NCBI RefSeq assembly: GCF_032062105.1
Contig: NW_026938763.1
Span: forward strand, 1 to 64,000
Length of the DNA: 64,000 bases
Source of the DNA: Saccostrea cucullata
Taxonomy: Eukaryota
Reading direction: 5' to 3'
In this document: in pieces, positions 61,076 through 64,000 of the stretch
How positions within the stretch are numbered: position 1 is the first letter of the stretch
Layout of the letters: the number at the start of each line of letters is the position of its first letter
Notes under the pieces: generated by a model
What the model was told of the DNA's origin: nothing
Databases searched by the model: none
Seen by the model: the letters and a program-made list of their open reading frames with translations, nothing else
Made by a program: the position numbers and the translations under genes

Positions 61076-62116
61076 CGAGGGTCACTCAAAAAATAAGTAG
61101 AAAATGTTCCTCATCGTCACATTTTTATTACATTATTATAGCTCAACACATGTTCTTAAACAAAAACATTTATTTTGTCAAAGTGTGAAGTTTCGTTCCT
61201 TTTGATGAAATAGAACTCATGTTAGACAAATTTTAAAACACCATGTTTTGTTAACACGGAGCACGGTTAACCAACATTGTAACGTCAAAAACAATGTTGA
61301 GAAAGTTTCTCAAAATTATACTCGGCTTTTTAATTTCATACACGATTTGTAACATCTTCTTTGTTTATAAAAAACGTCTCCATAACACTTAACACCTAGT
61401 TTGATAAAAATTGTGCAAATACAGCTTGAATTAGATTGTAGGTGTTTTCAAATTCTCTAGTTTGCCATGTAATTCTATTAATTCTGAAACAGTGAGGCGC
61501 ACATTACGTTTAATGACGTTCCAAATTCTTTTTACAATATTTTTTAACTATAACCCGTTTCTTTGCAGACAATCCATCGTCTGATTCAAACTCGCTACCA
61601 CTCAAAAATTGTATTTTCCAATTTATACAAATATTAATACAGGGCTTATATTTCAGACAGATCCTGGTTTCTACCGAGTTTTTTAAGTATTTTAAAAAAG
61701 TTTCCCTAATGCAAAACACAATTTTTTGCTACTTGCTGCTCCGTGACGTCCTTCAACATCATTGTTTTTTTGCCTTTTATAATCAAGTCCATATGTATTT
61801 AGAAATTAATATCTTTTAAACGGAGCGACATATTTTATAACCTGATATCATTTTAACTAATACAGCAATACTTGATTTAAATATGTAAATTTTATTTCGT
61901 TTCAGTTCCATTCATTAGAGGTATGGATATAAATACTATATAGTGAAAATTACTCAATTTTGACTGTGCTCCGTGACCCCATTTTTGCTATTCTAAATCT
62001 TTGGTAATTGTTATAAATATGAAGATATATTCCATTTTATTACTCAAATTATTTGAATTTGTTATTAAAATATGTGTACCAAATTTGGATATAATATGAC
62101 TTTCGAATGACCCTTG
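61076..62116. mobile_element. Non-autonomous mariner-type element
   Basis: ta|cgagggtcactcaaaaa ... actttcgaatgacccttg|ta; no transposase ORF inside. Confidence 0.78.
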
Positions 62117-63029
62117 TAGAATAGGAATGTTCCCTTTTCAAAAGAACCTGCACTCTAAAGTTTATGGGCGTCCTAATTCATAAATAAGTATTGTTCATAG
62201 AACTTGTAATCAATGACTTTTTACTTTTTTTTAACTGTTCATTAACACTTCGAACAACACGGTTAGTGCATAAACATGGACCACTAAAATTTCAGAGGTG
62301 GGATTAGATTGCTAGAAGGAGGGAAGATCCCCTGTGTAAAATAACAATGCTGGTCTACAGGAACTTTCATGCATGCTTACTTCTTGAACCCTACATTACT
62401 CAATGTTGTCATTCCTAAATACAAAAACTCCCATCTGATTTTATTCGTCTGTGCTAATTTGAGAGGTGGGTTTATATATGCAATAACCCACATAACAATC
62501 CATTTAATTTCCCTCTTCTGGGTCAACATAGGTCAGACGAACTCTAGAAGAATTGACAAAATGGAAATGAGTATCTATTAACTGACAGCAATCCCTCCTC
62601 ATCGTATCTAAAGTACTTCATAAAGTCGTTTGCTAAGATAAGATCGCTTAAGACTCTATTGAGTCACGAATGAACATACTGTTTTATGTATCTGGAATGG
62701 GTTCTGTTTGCATAACAATGTAGTTCTGTCGTAATTAAAGCACATAAGTATGTATCTGTACAAGGAGACTTGATAAAATAGTCAATGCAGATACACTCTG
62801 TATAATCATTTAATAAAAACTGGTATTTGAATTCATATTATACAAGAATTCTTTTCCATGTTATAGAGAGTCTGAAAAAGTTTTCGCTTTGGCAGTTTGG
62901 GGGTATGGGATACATGTAAGTGCATCTACATAAAGAAAGATATTTAATCCTGGTTCAATTAAAAAATACCAAAAAGTGTGTTAGACGTTCTATAAATGCT
63001 TCCATTAAAATATTGAAAAGTAAAATCGA

Positions 63030-63230
63030 ATTAACGGTGGATTTTTCCGTTATTTCCCGATCAAGACAAGGAGCACACGGCGGGTGTGACCGATCGGCAG
63101 GGGATGCTCACTCCTCCATGGCACCTGATCCCACCTCTGATGTTTTGGAGGTCCTTGTTTGCTCTGCTCCCATTTTTTATTGTTTTATGGACTTTTGATC
63201 TTGAATACCGTTCTTTATCTTCATATGTTT
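63030..63230 (+). mobile_element. 3' segment of the same Penelope-like family (other short copies ~25540-25830, 27630-27800, 47190-47450, 58630-58790, 62270-62335)
   Basis: cacggcgggtgtgaccgatcggcaggggatgctcactcctccatggcacctgatcccacctctg is nearly the reverse complement of 29965-30060. Confidence 0.75.
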
Positions 63231-64000
63231 CATCGACAAAGCTATTCAAAAATACATAAACTCTCATCTCCTGCATCACAGGTAAACTCAATTGAAATTA
63301 GCAAATTTAATCCATAAACGGCATTATCAATCCGTTCTTCTACGTTATTACACACGTACATTGTATCAGAAAACGCCTAGGCGTGATGTTATTATTACAG
63401 AGTAACAACAATATTGAGAATATTTATCCCAAGGGAAGACAATAGGAAAAAGGTTAATAGCTTTTGCAAAATCCATAAAGGCATGTACAACTTTACATAA
63501 CATGAAATAGTCCCACCCAAGCTAATCATAAAAAATGAATCAGTCGCCAGTCGGTTTTACTTCAGTTCTTGTGGTTACTTGTACTAAGGTTATTTAATTT
63601 ATCTTGCATTTCCTGGTGATACTTGATTCTCTCTCTCTCTCTCTTACATTATAATTTAAATCATGCTTTTTTGAAGGTCATCAAAAATACATTTTTACAC
63701 TTATTAATTAAAAAATAGAAAATAAAGTTAATGGTAACCAAAATGTAACCCCTTAATATATTACAACAGCTATCCCAATCAGCTCTTACCGCATAACGTA
63801 CATGGGTATTATATTCATTCTTCATTTTTCTTTTTAGTTAATATGGGGTAATTTTGCTTGCACTGTGCAGTCTTTTTGAATGCAATGCGTATTTCTTTGT
63901 TCTTGTTGAACAGTCTATCAGGTGTATTTTACTTAAAACAAATATAGATCATTAATCATCATAGTCTTTAAAGTAAACATATAAAATGGGGCACGTATCG

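Overview
AT-rich, intron- and repeat-dense animal DNA. The repeat families and gene content point to a bivalve mollusc, probably an oyster (inference). Two gene systems can be reconstructed from splice sites and reading frames. (1) A minus-strand tandem array of three paralogs of an uncharacterised secreted glycoprotein: signal peptide, optional Thr/Ser-rich mucin-like exon, several predicted beta-rich domains, and an 8-Cys C-terminal domain. The middle copy (B, 26080->10727, 9 exons, 826 aa) is intact. Copy A (9476->~1286) and copy C (39689->30921) carry stops, frameshifts or insertions and look like pseudogenes. (2) A divergently oriented plus-strand Popeye-domain (POPDC/BVES family) gene, 41923->52173, 7 coding exons, 317 aa. 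It has a GC-AG intron and a ~44-bp tandem array copied from its exon-3/donor junction. The remainder is transposon-derived: tRNA-derived SINEs, Helitron/Helentron-like non-autonomous elements, many MITEs, RTEX-, CR1/L2- and Penelope-like retroelement fragments, a SWIM-transposase remnant and a 1.5-kb minisatellite. There is also an orphan transmembrane-tail exon and a probable non-coding first exon of a further gene near 57.6 kb. No prokaryotic features or CRISPR arrays. All coordinates were derived by hand and no database searches were run.
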